Positions 28,915 through 38,946 of a stretch of 64,000 nucleotides of DNA are shown here, piece by piece. The notes under the pieces are model-generated. The model searched no databases and was not told where the DNA came from. It saw nothing but the letters and a program-made list of their open reading frames with translations. Each line of letters opens with the position of its first letter. Position 1 is the first letter of the stretch. The position numbers and the translations under genes were made by a program. This DNA comes from Dehalococcoidia bacterium UBA6926 (GTDB lineage: Bacteria > Chloroflexota > Dehalococcoidia > UBA6926): the NCBI GenBank assembly GCA_002450835.1, contig DKAM01000030.1:153331-217330 (forward strand). The letters run 5' to 3'.

Positions 28915-30477
28915 ATGAAGAGTGATTTTCTGCTCGCAGTAACTCAGCTTGCTACCGAAAGGCGTTTACCACGGGATGTTGTTGTTGATGCTATAGAAGC
29001 CGCACTTGTATCCGCTTTTAAGAAGGAAGTAGTGGGGAGCGACAATATTTCCGTCAAAATATTACCGACTACCGGCGACATAGTACTAACGATTCACAAA
29101 ATAATTGTTGACTCTGTAGAAGATACGAACAACGAAATCTCTTTAGATGAAGCTTTCGCATATCGGAAAGATTCTAAACTAGGCGAAACTTTAGATATAG
29201 TTGTCGAAACTCCCGAGGCAGCCGGAAGAATCGCTGCGCAAACTGCAAAACAAGTAGTTCTACAACGTTTGCGGGAAGCAGAGCGTAATGTAGTTTATGA
29301 GGAATACGCAACTCGTATTAATGAAATTATCTCCGGGGTCGTTCAGAGAGTTGATCCCGAACAGATAATTATCAATTTAGGAAGAACTGAAGCTGTAATG
29401 CCCAAGGAAGAGTCAGTAGAGAGCGAACATTACAGACCAGGTCAAAGAATTCGTGTCGTAGTTCGTGAAGTGGAAAGAGGCGTCAATGGGGCCAGAATCA
29501 TAGTTTCGAGAGCGAACAACAGCTTAATAGAAAGATTATTTGAGTTAGAAGTACCCGAAGTGGCTACTGGAGCGGTAGTGCTAAGCTCCATAGCAAGAGA
29601 GCCCGGTTATCGAACCAAGGTAGCGGTAGAAACACGACAAGACGGTGTTGACCCTGTTGGATCTTGCGTTGGTTTAAGAGGAGTTCGAATCCAAAACATA
29701 GTGAATGAATTGAACGGCGAGAAAATCGACGTGATCCCTTGGAATGCCGACCCTTTAGTATATATATCTCAAGCATTAAGCCCCTCACAAGTTACCAAGG
29801 TTGAAATTCTTGGGGACAAAAGGGCGCTGATAATTGTGCCAGACTCACAATTGTCCCTCGCAATAGGAAGAGAAGGCCAAAATGCTAGACTAGCTGCAAA
29901 ATTAACAGGCTGGAGAATAGATATCAGAAGTAATACAGAAATAATGGTAGCGGAGGGTGAAGTTGTTGAACCCGAAGATGGACTAGTTGCGATCGAAGAG
30001 GAACAAGCGGCTAAGCAAGACGTCACCGTTGATGTAGCTCCCGTGACTTCCCCAGAATTGGAAGAGGAAAACGAAACTGCTGAACAAATTGTCGCAGAAG
30101 AATCAGATCCAATAAGTTCAGATTCTGACACTGAACAAGAAGTAGAAACACTGAGCACGGATGAATCAGTTGCACCTTCTAGACAATCTGAAATTAACGA
30201 CGAGGATATAGAACAAGCACTTAAAGAGCTTGAGTTAGAAGAGGCAGCTCTTAATGAAATTGAAGAAGAACAATCTGAAGAAGAAGATGGCCCCGAGGAA
30301 TCCTTTGATTTTGATGAATTCCTAAAAGACTACCAGGCGGAGAGTGAAACCGGCGGACAAGGCATAAGATTCGCCGAAGATATATTCCCTGAAAAAGGAG
30401 GCCGATTTAAAGACGGCCGTTCAGGTGGAAACAGGCGCGGAGGGCAATCTGGTGGCCGCAGAGGTGGAGGTCGCTAA
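28915..30477 (+). CDS. nusA: Transcription termination/antitermination factor NusA with long acidic and RGG-rich C-terminal extension
   Basis: N-terminal NusA domain, S1 and two KH domains. A roughly 170-aa acidic tail ends in 'GGNRRGGQSGGRRGGGR'. Confidence 0.9.
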   Translation: MKSDFLLAVTQLATERRLPRDVVVDAIEAALVSAFKKEVVGSDNISVKILPTTGDIVLTIHKIIVDSVEDTNNEISLDEAFAYRKDSKLGETLDIVVETPEAAGRIAAQTAKQVVLQRLREAERNVVYEEYATRINEIISGVVQRVDPEQIIINLGRTEAVMPKEESVESEHYRPGQRIRVVVREVERGVNGARIIVSRANNSLIERLFELEVPEVATGAVVLSSIAREPGYRTKVAVETRQDGVDPVGSCVGLRGVRIQNIVNELNGEKIDVIPWNADPLVYISQALSPSQVTKVEILGDKRALIIVPDSQLSLAIGREGQNARLAAKLTGWRIDIRSNTEIMVAEGEVVEPEDGLVAIEEEQAAKQDVTVDVAPVTSPELEEENETAEQIVAEESDPISSDSDTEQEVETLSTDESVAPSRQSEINDEDIEQALKELELEEAALNEIEEEQSEEEDGPEESFDFDEFLKDYQAESETGGQGIRFAEDIFPEKGGRFKDGRSGGNRRGGQSGGRRGGGR

Positions 30478-30479
30478 AT

Positions 30480-30818
30480 ATGCGTACTAGCACCCCTAGT
30501 ACTAAATATAAGATTCATCCGACTATACGAACCTGTATAGCCTGTAGAACTCATGAGAATAAGAATAATTTGGTGAGAATTGTTAGAACTGCCCAGGGGA
30601 ATCTAGATATAGATTCCAATGGCACTTTAGCAGGAAGAGGAGCATATCTCTGCAAAAATGTAGATTGTTGGGAAAATGGGTTTGTTCCTCAATCACTTCA
30701 GGACAGCCTCAATCTAGTAAATCCTCCAACGACAAAAACTTTGAGTGTTTTGACAAAAAAAGCGAGAGATATAATTTTGGAATCAATTAACGGCAAGAAG
30801 GGTCATAAAAATGACTGA
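30480..30818 (+). CDS. ylxR: YlxR/RnpM-family (DUF448) RNA-binding protein
   Basis: 'RTCIACR' motif. Sits in the conserved position between nusA and infB. Confidence 0.7.
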   Translation: MRTSTPSTKYKIHPTIRTCIACRTHENKNNLVRIVRTAQGNLDIDSNGTLAGRGAYLCKNVDCWENGFVPQSLQDSLNLVNPPTTKTLSVLTKKARDIILESINGKKGHKND

Positions 30819-32583
30819 GTCTAACGAAACCGAGAAAACACAAACATTTGAAATAAACAACGCCATAACCGTAACCGATTTAGCCCAAAGGGTAGGCGCT
30901 AATCCTGTTGAGGTTATAAAGAATTTGATGCGAATGGGGATAATGGCTTCACTTAATGACGCTATAGATTTTGAAGTTGCTTCTCCCATCGCCCAGTTTT
31001 ACGGTTACACAATCAAACTAACAAGTAGTGAATCCGACTCCCCGCAAACAGCAACCGCATCTGATTCTTCAAATGAATCCGAAGGCCAAGAGGCTAGATC
31101 CCCTGTTGTGACAGTCTTGGGACACGTTGACCACGGCAAAACGAGCATACTCGATGCCCTTAGGAAAACGACCATAGCAGATCGTGAAGCAGGGGGTATA
31201 ACACAGCATATAGGAGCTTATCAATTTAGCGCCTCTAGTGGAAATAATATAACTTTTCTCGACACTCCAGGGCATGAAGCTTTCACAACGCTGCGTGCGC
31301 GAGGAGCCCGAGTAACTGATATAGCAATTCTGGTAGTTTCAGCAGATGATGGTGTTATGCCGCAAACATTAGAAGCCATCGATCATGCCAAAGCTGCGGA
31401 CGTACCTTTAGTGGTAGCAATTAATAAAATTGATCTGCCAGACGCTGACCCCGAGAGAATCAAGAGGCAACTATCAGAACAAGAGCTTCTAGTAGAAGAC
31501 TGGGGTGGTGATGTACTGTCCGTAGAGGTCTCTGCTAAAACAGGTCAAGGTTTAGAAGATTTGATGGAATCAACACTATTACTCGCTGAAATATTGGAAC
31601 TTAAAGCGAATCCAAATTCTTTAGTACACGGTACAGTCATTGAAGCTGAGCTGAATGCACAAAAAGGTCCCCTCGCAACTGTATTAATCCAATCTGGAAC
31701 ATTAAAAATTGGAGATAATATATTAGTAGGAAACGTGTGGGGTCGTGTAAGAGCAATGACTAATCACTTAGGTGAAGCCATAAGTGAAGCTCCCCCCTCG
31801 ACACCTGTTAGAGTGCTAGGTTTGCCCGAAGTACCCCAACCTGGTGAAATATTAGAACAAGTTGAAACAGAAAAAGAAGCAAAATTTATAAGTGCAGAAA
31901 GAATCGAAAAAGACCAACCGTCGTCAACACAGCCCGCGAGTCTAGAGCAATTGGCCAACCAAATAGGTATGGGTGAAATCGAAGATGTAAACATCATAAT
32001 AAAAGCAGACGTTCAAGGTAGTCTTGAAGCGGTACGGGGATCTGTACAAAAAGCGAACTCTGAATCAGCCCGTGCAAATATATTACATTCGGATGTGGGA
32101 TCGATTACAGAAAGTGACGTCCTCCTAGCTACTGCATCTGGGGCAACAATAATGGGATTTAACTCTAAGGTAGAATCTGCAGCACTTCGTTTGGCAAACA
32201 ACAGAGGTATTGAAGTTCGAAATTATACAACGATCTACCAACTTATCGATGACCTGAATAACACCCTTAAAGGAATGGTTTCCCCTCTCCTTGAAGAAGT
32301 GCATCAAGGCCAAGCCGAAATAAAAGAGATCTTTACTATAAATAAAATAAAGATAGCAGGATGTGTAGTAACTGAAGGAGTCATACGCAAAGATTCAATG
32401 GCAAGAATAATTAGACAAAAAGAGACAATATTTGAAGGCCCAATAATGAGCCTGAGACACTTCCGTGATGAAGTAAAAGAGGTTATTACCGGTCAAGAAT
32501 GCGGTATTGCCCTGACGGAATTTGGGGAATTTATGGAAGGTGACTTCATATCCACATTTACTCAAGAGGAAAAAGCACGATAG
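30811..32583 (+). CDS. infB: Translation initiation factor IF-2 (short form)
   Basis: G-domain 'GHVDHGKTS', DTPGH, NKID. 590 aa. Confidence 0.95.
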   Translation: MTESNETEKTQTFEINNAITVTDLAQRVGANPVEVIKNLMRMGIMASLNDAIDFEVASPIAQFYGYTIKLTSSESDSPQTATASDSSNESEGQEARSPVVTVLGHVDHGKTSILDALRKTTIADREAGGITQHIGAYQFSASSGNNITFLDTPGHEAFTTLRARGARVTDIAILVVSADDGVMPQTLEAIDHAKAADVPLVVAINKIDLPDADPERIKRQLSEQELLVEDWGGDVLSVEVSAKTGQGLEDLMESTLLLAEILELKANPNSLVHGTVIEAELNAQKGPLATVLIQSGTLKIGDNILVGNVWGRVRAMTNHLGEAISEAPPSTPVRVLGLPEVPQPGEILEQVETEKEAKFISAERIEKDQPSSTQPASLEQLANQIGMGEIEDVNIIIKADVQGSLEAVRGSVQKANSESARANILHSDVGSITESDVLLATASGATIMGFNSKVESAALRLANNRGIEVRNYTTIYQLIDDLNNTLKGMVSPLLEEVHQGQAEIKEIFTINKIKIAGCVVTEGVIRKDSMARIIRQKETIFEGPIMSLRHFRDEVKEVITGQECGIALTEFGEFMEGDFISTFTQEEKAR

Positions 32584-32628
32584 TGAGCTTTTAATACGTT
32601 GATAAACTAAATAATTGGGGTTTCAAAG

Positions 32629-32982
32629 ATGAGCAGACGAGTTGAGCGCATTAATTCTATGATCAAGTCTACAATTAGCCAATCTATTTCTCAATATTTA
32701 AACGACCCAAGATTGTCTGGGCTTTTAACAATAACATCAGTTGAAACAACACCAGATTTAAAAAAAGCAAAGATATACGTAAGTGCCATTGCATCGGACG
32801 TCCCTGCGACAGAAATACTAGATGGGCTTAAATCTTCCTCTAGATTTTTGAAAAGATCACTAGAAAAACTATTCTTAAAAAAGATACCTGAATTGGAATT
32901 TGTAATTGACGATTCAACTGAACGGGCAGACCGTTTGACCTCTATATTAAACCAAACCAGATCACCCGAAATGGAACCGTAA
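32629..32982 (+). CDS. rbfA: Ribosome-binding factor A
   Basis: 117-aa KH-like protein, 'RVERINSMIK...DPRL', in the conserved position. Confidence 0.85.
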   Translation: MSRRVERINSMIKSTISQSISQYLNDPRLSGLLTITSVETTPDLKKAKIYVSAIASDVPATEILDGLKSSSRFLKRSLEKLFLKKIPELEFVIDDSTERADRLTSILNQTRSPEMEP

Positions 32983-32989
32983 CAGCTCA

Positions 32990-33934
32990 GTGAAACAAAT
33001 GATTCAGAACCATAATGGATACATATGTGCCTGGAAGCCTATCGGTCCTACTTCTTTCCAAATTGTCGATCGTATCAGAAAAGCAAGTGGCATCAATAAA
33101 GTAGGCCATGGGGGGACATTAGATCCAAATGCTGAAGGAATATTACCAATTCTTTTAGGCCAAGGAACTAGAATGAATCAAGAATTCGGTAAATATGCAA
33201 AAAAATATGAAGCTGAAATTCTTCTGGGAACTACAACAAACACGTTGGACAGTGATGGAGAAATTCTCTCCAAAACGGATGCAAGTCATATCACTAAAAA
33301 TGACATCAAAGATAGCCTTTCGTCGTTCAGAGGCGAGATCGAACAACAACCACCAATGTTCAGTGCCGTCAAATATAATGGCGAACGTTTATATAATCTT
33401 GCAAGGAAAGGAATCACCGTCGAAAGAAAACCTAGAAAAGTAATGGTTTATGAAATTTCAATCAGTAAGCTAGAAGCATCTATTGCATATGTATCAATAC
33501 TGTGTGGCAATGGAACCTACATAAGATCAATTTCCGATGAGCTAGGTCAATTATTACACGTAGGTGCGACACTACAAAATTTAAAACGTGTTGAGTATGG
33601 CCCTTTCAAACAAGAAAATGCAAAAACAATAGATCAAATCGAGCAAGCATTTAAATCAAAAACATACGACGACATATATCCCCTATCATACTTATTCAAA
33701 AATTGGCGGAACGTCACACTATCAAAAACTCAGCATGACAGCATATCTGACGGCATGGATATCGAAATACGTGACCAGGATATAAATAACGCAAAAGAGA
33801 AACCTAACCCCCCAGTCACCTCTCCACCACAAGAAAACCAAATATATGCTTTAAGCCCAGATGGAAATATGGCAGCAATACTAACAAGGAAGAATAACAA
33901 TTATTGGCATCCTTCTAAAGTAGTCCCTAGGTAG
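32990..33934 (+). CDS. truB: tRNA pseudouridine(55) synthase
   Basis: 'GHGGTLDPNAEGILPI' is the catalytic Asp motif. A PUA-like C-terminus is present. Confidence 0.9.
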   Translation: MKQMIQNHNGYICAWKPIGPTSFQIVDRIRKASGINKVGHGGTLDPNAEGILPILLGQGTRMNQEFGKYAKKYEAEILLGTTTNTLDSDGEILSKTDASHITKNDIKDSLSSFRGEIEQQPPMFSAVKYNGERLYNLARKGITVERKPRKVMVYEISISKLEASIAYVSILCGNGTYIRSISDELGQLLHVGATLQNLKRVEYGPFKQENAKTIDQIEQAFKSKTYDDIYPLSYLFKNWRNVTLSKTQHDSISDGMDIEIRDQDINNAKEKPNPPVTSPPQENQIYALSPDGNMAAILTRKNNNYWHPSKVVPR

Positions 33935-34023
33935 GAATTAAGCCATTAGCACCTTCTATATTAGGATTTTGGGGTCATAACTTAAGTTTTTCAATAAAAA
34001 CCGATGTTTTTTGCCAAATTTAG

Positions 34024-34053
34024 CTTGACAGCAGCTTTAGTGCTGCTTAGAGT
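34024..34053 (+). promoter_or_regulatory. Near-consensus sigma-70 promoter TTGACA-N17-TAGAGT
   Basis: Read directly from the sequence. It lies 35 bp upstream of the small zinc-ribbon ORF. Confidence 0.4.
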
Positions 34054-34086
34054 CGTAGATATAGTTTTGGAAGGGATGGTGCAGAT

Positions 34087-34236
34087 ATGGCTGCAAGCGA
34101 AGCATATTGCTTAAAGTGCCGAAAAAAGGTACAAATCCAGAATCCTCGCGAGGTGACTCTGAAAAATGGTCGCCCAGCAACAACGGGAACGTGCCCAACT
34201 AGTGGTACAAAGCTTTTCAGGATTGGTAAAGGCTAA
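34087..34236 (+). CDS. Small (49 aa) zinc-ribbon protein, DUF5679-like; absent from the ORF track
   Basis: Translation: MAASEAYCLKCRKKVQIQNPREVTLKNGRPATTGTCPTSGTKLFRIGKG. A CxxC pair plus C36. SD GAAGGGA upstream. It has its own promoter and terminator. Confidence 0.55.
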   Translation: MAASEAYCLKCRKKVQIQNPREVTLKNGRPATTGTCPTSGTKLFRIGKG

Positions 34237-34291
34237 AAATTCCGTTCATTTCGGTGAGGACTTAATGTGATTACCGAGTAAATTCGGGTAG

Positions 34292-34332
34292 CGGCGCGGT
34301 ATGCCTGTTTAAGGTTACCGCGCCGTTATTTT
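34292..34332 (+). terminator. Intrinsic terminator after the small zinc-ribbon gene
   Basis: Perfect 10-bp stem CGGCGCGGTA/TACCGCGCCG followed by TTATTTT. Confidence 0.6.
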
Positions 34333-34425
34333 AAGGTTTAAGAATAACAGAGAGTAATTACATAAATACTTTGAACTAAACCATCAATATTTTAGTTATC
34401 TTGCAAGTTACTTAATGATAATCAA

Positions 34426-35550
34426 ATGGGAGATAAGCAATTGGGTGGAAAAATTAATGTTGCGATAATCGGAGTAGGCAATTGTGCTTCTTCGCTTGTC
34501 CAAGGGGTTCATTATTACCAAAATGCTAAGGACGATGAATTCATTCCAGGGCTGATGCATCCGAGACTCGGAGATTATCACATAAGCGACATCAATTTCG
34601 TTGCAGCGTTTGACGTTGGAGATACCAAGGTCGGCAAAGATTTATCCGAAGCTATTTATGCAGAACCTAACAACACCTATAAATTTGCTGATGTTCCCAA
34701 TACCGGGATTAAAGTAGATAGAGGTATGACGCACGACGGATTAGGGCATTACCTTGCTGAAAAAATCACTAAAGCACCTGGCCCAACAGCAGACATAGTA
34801 GGAATTTTAAAAGAGAAAGAGGTAGACGTAGTTATAAGCTACCTACCAGTTGGTAGCGAAATGGCAACCAAGTGGTATGTAGAGCAAATTTTAGAAGCAG
34901 GATGTGCATTCATTAATTGCGTCCCCGTGTTTATTGCTAGGGAAAAATACTGGCAAGGTAGATTTGCTGAAAAAGGACTACCTATAATTGGGGACGACAT
35001 TAAGTCACAAGTGGGTTCTACTATCGTCCACAGAGTTCTTACACGTTTGTTCGGAGATCGAGCAGTCAAATTAGAAAAAACTTACCAGCTAAATTTTGGC
35101 GGGAACACCGATTTTTACAATATGCTCGATAGAGAAAGATTAGAATCAAAGAAAGAATCAAAAACCAACTCCGTTCTATCTCAAATGGATTTTGATCTGG
35201 ACGACGAAAATATTCACGTCGGCCCTAGTGATTACGTCCCGTGGCTGGAAGATCGAAAATGGGCATACATAAGAATGGAAGGTCAAACTTTCGGAGATGT
35301 TCCCCTAAACGTCGAACTAAAAATGGAGGTTTGGGATAGCCCAAATTCAGCAGGCGTGGTTATAGACGCAATTAGATGTGCTAAATTAGCTTTAGATAGA
35401 GAACTGAGCGGAACAATAGTGCCCGCTTCTGCCTATTTTATGAAATCTCCACCAGTACAAATGAGAGACGAGGAAGCAAGAGAAAGAGTAGAGTCATATA
35501 TAGCTGACGCCCGTAAAGATGATACTCTTCCCAAAACCAAGAAAGCATAA
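34426..35550 (+). CDS. ino1: myo-Inositol-1-phosphate synthase (inositol-3-phosphate synthase)
   Basis: '[16 protein letters not shown]' is the NAD-binding motif. 374 aa, bacterial/archaeal short form. Confidence 0.85.
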   Translation: MGDKQLGGKINVAIIGVGNCASSLVQGVHYYQNAKDDEFIPGLMHPRLGDYHISDINFVAAFDVGDTKVGKDLSEAIYAEPNNTYKFADVPNTGIKVDRGMTHDGLGHYLAEKITKAPGPTADIVGILKEKEVDVVISYLPVGSEMATKWYVEQILEAGCAFINCVPVFIAREKYWQGRFAEKGLPIIGDDIKSQVGSTIVHRVLTRLFGDRAVKLEKTYQLNFGGNTDFYNMLDRERLESKKESKTNSVLSQMDFDLDDENIHVGPSDYVPWLEDRKWAYIRMEGQTFGDVPLNVELKMEVWDSPNSAGVVIDAIRCAKLALDRELSGTIVPASAYFMKSPPVQMRDEEARERVESYIADARKDDTLPKTKKA

Positions 35551-35567
35551 CCCAAAAAACTCAGGAC

Positions 35568-36728
35568 TTGACTCCAGTGAGCGATAATTCTTCCTTAAAT
35601 ATAGCAATAGTCTCTCCATATGATTTCGCTTACCCTGGCGGTGTTACTAACCATGTATCTAACTTAGCTATAAAACTTATAGAACGTGGCCATTCGGTTA
35701 AAATATCCGCTCCATACTCACTAGATCACGGAGCATCAAGTAATCCAATCTTCCATCCAATCGGAAAACCTATTCCTGTACCAACTGCGGGTTCAGTCGC
35801 AAGAATCACATTGTCAGTGACCCTTAGTAAATATGTGGTTCCTTTTTTGAGAGAGAATAAGTTCGATATCGTTCATATCCACGAACCAGTCTCTCCTACC
35901 CTTCCTTTAACTTTTCTAAGGCTTGTCCAAAATTCAGCGTTAGTAGGAACTTTCCATGCTTACGCTAAAAGAAGACGTTCGCTGAGTGTATCTAGATATA
36001 TGCTACGGAGGTGGGCTAAAAGATTAGACCAACGAATTGCAGTATCAGAAGCTGCGCACGAATATATTCAACGGTATTTTCCGGCCGAATACGACATAAT
36101 TCCCAACGGCGTGGATGTCGAGTATTTTTCAAGACAATCCAAATTCCCTAAGGAATTTAATGACGGCAAACTTAATATACTTTTCCAAGGAAGAATGGAA
36201 AAACGTAAAGGCTTTCCCCATTTATTGAAAGCATATAGCCACGTTAAATGGGAATATCCAAATTGCCGACTACTAGTGGTTGGACCTGGGAATATAGATC
36301 GAGAAAGCGCGCAAGTTATCTCTGAAAGAGGTTTAAAGGACGTACATTTTGTTGGGTTTGTTTCAGATGAAGAGTTACCAAAGTATTACCAAATGGCAGA
36401 CATTTATTGCAGTCCAGCTACGGGAGATGAAAGCCAAGGAATAGTCTTGCTTCAGTCCATGGCTGCAGGAACACCGATACTAGCCTCTTCCATACCTGGA
36501 TACCGAACAGTTATTAGTGATAACCAAGATGGACTTCTTGTAGATCCATGGGATGAACTAGAGTTCTCTAGTAAACTGCTCATGCTATTGAAAAATGAGG
36601 GCTTGAGGCAAAGATTATCAACTCGAGCAAGAGATACAGTGAAAAAGTACGATTGGAATACCGTCACGGATCAAATAGAGGAAAAATATAGGAATGCTTT
36701 AAGTCTCAAGCTTGCTCAAAATGTTTAA
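35568..36728 (+). CDS. GT4 glycosyltransferase, PimA-like (phosphatidylinositol alpha-mannosyltransferase family)
   Basis: N-terminus 'IVSPYDFAYPGGVTNHVSNLAIKLIERGHSVKISAP' parallels PimA 'VCPYSFDVPGGVQSHV...GHEVSVLAP'. The C-terminal EX7E region is 'GDESQGIVLLQSMAAGTPILAS'. Confidence 0.7.
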   Translation: MTPVSDNSSLNIAIVSPYDFAYPGGVTNHVSNLAIKLIERGHSVKISAPYSLDHGASSNPIFHPIGKPIPVPTAGSVARITLSVTLSKYVVPFLRENKFDIVHIHEPVSPTLPLTFLRLVQNSALVGTFHAYAKRRRSLSVSRYMLRRWAKRLDQRIAVSEAAHEYIQRYFPAEYDIIPNGVDVEYFSRQSKFPKEFNDGKLNILFQGRMEKRKGFPHLLKAYSHVKWEYPNCRLLVVGPGNIDRESAQVISERGLKDVHFVGFVSDEELPKYYQMADIYCSPATGDESQGIVLLQSMAAGTPILASSIPGYRTVISDNQDGLLVDPWDELEFSSKLLMLLKNEGLRQRLSTRARDTVKKYDWNTVTDQIEEKYRNALSLKLAQNV

Positions 36729-36967
36729 TTTGTATCTATGTTAGTGCTGTTTTGACACTAGACTCAAACCTACCCCACTAATACCGGGACAAAGGCCGGC
36801 ATCTTGTAAAGTTTAGTCATAACATGCTAGAATCTGGCCCGCTTGGTTAATTATACAAAATGGGATGTATAAATTACTAAAAACATTTCCAAAGATTCGT
36901 TAATAAGAATACAATGGTTTAGTTAAAAGGGGCATAACGGACGGTTTCAGTATAGAAAATAAGTTAT

Positions 36968-37888
36968 GTGGATTTCATGGGGGCAGATCATCAGAATGGG
37001 GAAAATAGAATAATGGTTCAGTTACCACCAATTAGAACTATTATGTTCATACCAGGAAATAACCAACAGTTCATAGATAACGCTCCTAGCATTGGAGCAG
37101 ACGCTATATGCCTCGACCTAGAAGATTCTATAGCGCCCCAGGATAAACTTACGGCGCGCGAAATGGTCAAAACAGCGATTCCCAAGATAGCAGATAGAAA
37201 AAATTACGTGCTTTTCTGCAGAGTAAACGGATACGACACCAATCTTTTAGAGGAAGATCTCTTGGCAGTCTGCAACCAAGATCTCGATGTTATAAGCCTT
37301 CCTAAAGGGACTGGGCCCGAGATAATACGCAGAGTTGACCACTATCTTACGCTAATTGAAAAACAAAAGGACCTTAGCCCAGGGCGCATTCAAATAGCTC
37401 CATGGATCGAAACAGCTGAAGGTGTGCTTAATGCTGTTGAGATGTGTAAAGCTAGTACTAGAGTGACAATGGCGTCTTTTGGTAGCGAAGATTTCACACA
37501 CGATATGGGAATACCGAGAACAGCCAACTCGAAGGAAATAGAGTGGGCGAATTACCGGGTAGCAACTTCTTGTATAGCAGCAGGAGTTATTCCCATTGCC
37601 GGACCAGAAATGAATTATAAGAACGAAACGAAACTAAGAGAAAGTACCGAGTTCTCAAAAAGTATTGGTTACAAAGGGCGCTACTGTATTCACCCGTCGC
37701 AAGTACCAGTCGTAAACTCCCTATTTCAGCCTACTGATGTAGAGATAGAAGAAGCAAAGGGAATTATTGAGACCTATGAAAGAGCAGAAAAAGAAGGCCT
37801 CGGAGCAACTGGCCTCGGTGGAATGGTAGTTGATAGACCAGTTTATGTAAGAGCTCTGGCGGTTATAGCAAATATAAGAAAAGAATAA
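36968..37888 (+). CDS. HpcH/HpaI–CitE family acyl-CoA lyase (citryl/citramalyl/malyl-CoA lyase-like), copy 1
   Basis: 'IMFIPGNN...ADAICLDLEDSIAP' is the CitE signature. GTG start; later ATGs at 36977 and 37013 are possible. Confidence 0.7.
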   Translation: MDFMGADHQNGENRIMVQLPPIRTIMFIPGNNQQFIDNAPSIGADAICLDLEDSIAPQDKLTAREMVKTAIPKIADRKNYVLFCRVNGYDTNLLEEDLLAVCNQDLDVISLPKGTGPEIIRRVDHYLTLIEKQKDLSPGRIQIAPWIETAEGVLNAVEMCKASTRVTMASFGSEDFTHDMGIPRTANSKEIEWANYRVATSCIAAGVIPIAGPEMNYKNETKLRESTEFSKSIGYKGRYCIHPSQVPVVNSLFQPTDVEIEEAKGIIETYERAEKEGLGATGLGGMVVDRPVYVRALAVIANIRKE

Positions 37889-37909
37889 AATTTAAGGAGA
37901 TAACTTGAT

Positions 37910-38944
37910 ATGTTCATAATTGGGAAGGATAGACGTTTAGTTGTTCCAAGAACCGAATTAACTTACCCAGGACACAATGAGAGGATGCATGAGAATGCAG
38001 CGACTGCGCCAGTAGATCATGTGATGGCCGATCTAGAAGATGCATGCCCATATGAATTCAAAGGTGAAAAATCTAGGAATACCATTGTCACAGCATTTAA
38101 CGACTTAGATTATGGTGAAAAAGTAATTACATTTCGACCAAATAACATCCACTCAACATTTTTTCTTGGAGATGTAGAATCGTTAATGCGAGGTGCAGTT
38201 GATAAATTTCATGGCATTATTCTCCCTAAAGTGACTGGCCCCGAAGATATCGTATACGTTTCGCGCCTACTAGATTCTTTGGAACTAGAAGCTGGTTGGA
38301 ATCACCGGGTTCAAATAGAAGCTCTAATAGAAACTCCAGAGGCAATGGTCAGAGTCCATGAGATAGCCACGGCATCGCCAAGAATGGCGGGGTTAATTTT
38401 TGGCATAGCAGATTTCGCAGCCGTTATGGGTATTGTTGAGGTTATAGAAAATCAAAATATCAATTTCCATGCAGCAAAACAAACTATGGCCGTTGCTGCG
38501 AAGGCGGCTGGCTTACACGCAATTGATAATGTCTTTTTTAATTTGGTACGCAGGGACACGTCCGAAGAGGATAAGCAAGTAATCGAAGAGTCCCTATACA
38601 AAAAAAATGTCGGAGCAGCAAATCTCGGAATGGATGGAACTTGGGTCATACACCCTCAACAAGCTGAAATGGCAAACAAAGCTTATACTCCTTCAGATGA
38701 ACTTACCGAATATTCAAAAGGTTTAATCGAGTACTATCATCAACAAGGGGGAGGAGCATTCGTTTATCCAGAAACAGGAGAATTTGTAGACGAAGCAACC
38801 GCAAAAGGGTACTTAGTCTTATTAGCTAAGGCAGGTCAAGCGGGTAAGCTTGATACTGAGTGGCTAGTCGACCAAGCAAAAAGACACGCAGAAGTCACGG
38901 GCTATGATGTCCTGCATCAAGCTGGACGAAGTCTAGGAGCTTAA
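37910..38944 (+). CDS. CitE-family lyase, L-malyl-CoA/beta-methylmalyl-CoA lyase (Mcl)-like, copy 2
   Basis: 'PG...ADLEDACPYEFKGEKSRNTIVTAFNDLDYGEKVITFRPNNIHSTFFLGDV' follows the Mcl pattern 'DLEDSVAP.DK.QAR.NI..A.N.LDWG.K...RINGLDT..YRDV'. Confidence 0.65.
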   Translation: MFIIGKDRRLVVPRTELTYPGHNERMHENAATAPVDHVMADLEDACPYEFKGEKSRNTIVTAFNDLDYGEKVITFRPNNIHSTFFLGDVESLMRGAVDKFHGIILPKVTGPEDIVYVSRLLDSLELEAGWNHRVQIEALIETPEAMVRVHEIATASPRMAGLIFGIADFAAVMGIVEVIENQNINFHAAKQTMAVAAKAAGLHAIDNVFFNLVRRDTSEEDKQVIEESLYKKNVGAANLGMDGTWVIHPQQAEMANKAYTPSDELTEYSKGLIEYYHQQGGGAFVYPETGEFVDEATAKGYLVLLAKAGQAGKLDTEWLVDQAKRHAEVTGYDVLHQAGRSLGA

Positions 38945-38946
38945 AC

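Noticed and set aside
36968-37012. Alternative later start (ATG 37013, 'MVQLPPIRTIMFIPG') for the first CitE-like gene
   Set aside because: It cannot be decided from sequence alone. Both the GTG at 36968 and the ATG at 37013 lack a strong SD. The longest ORF is kept, with the N-terminus flagged as uncertain.
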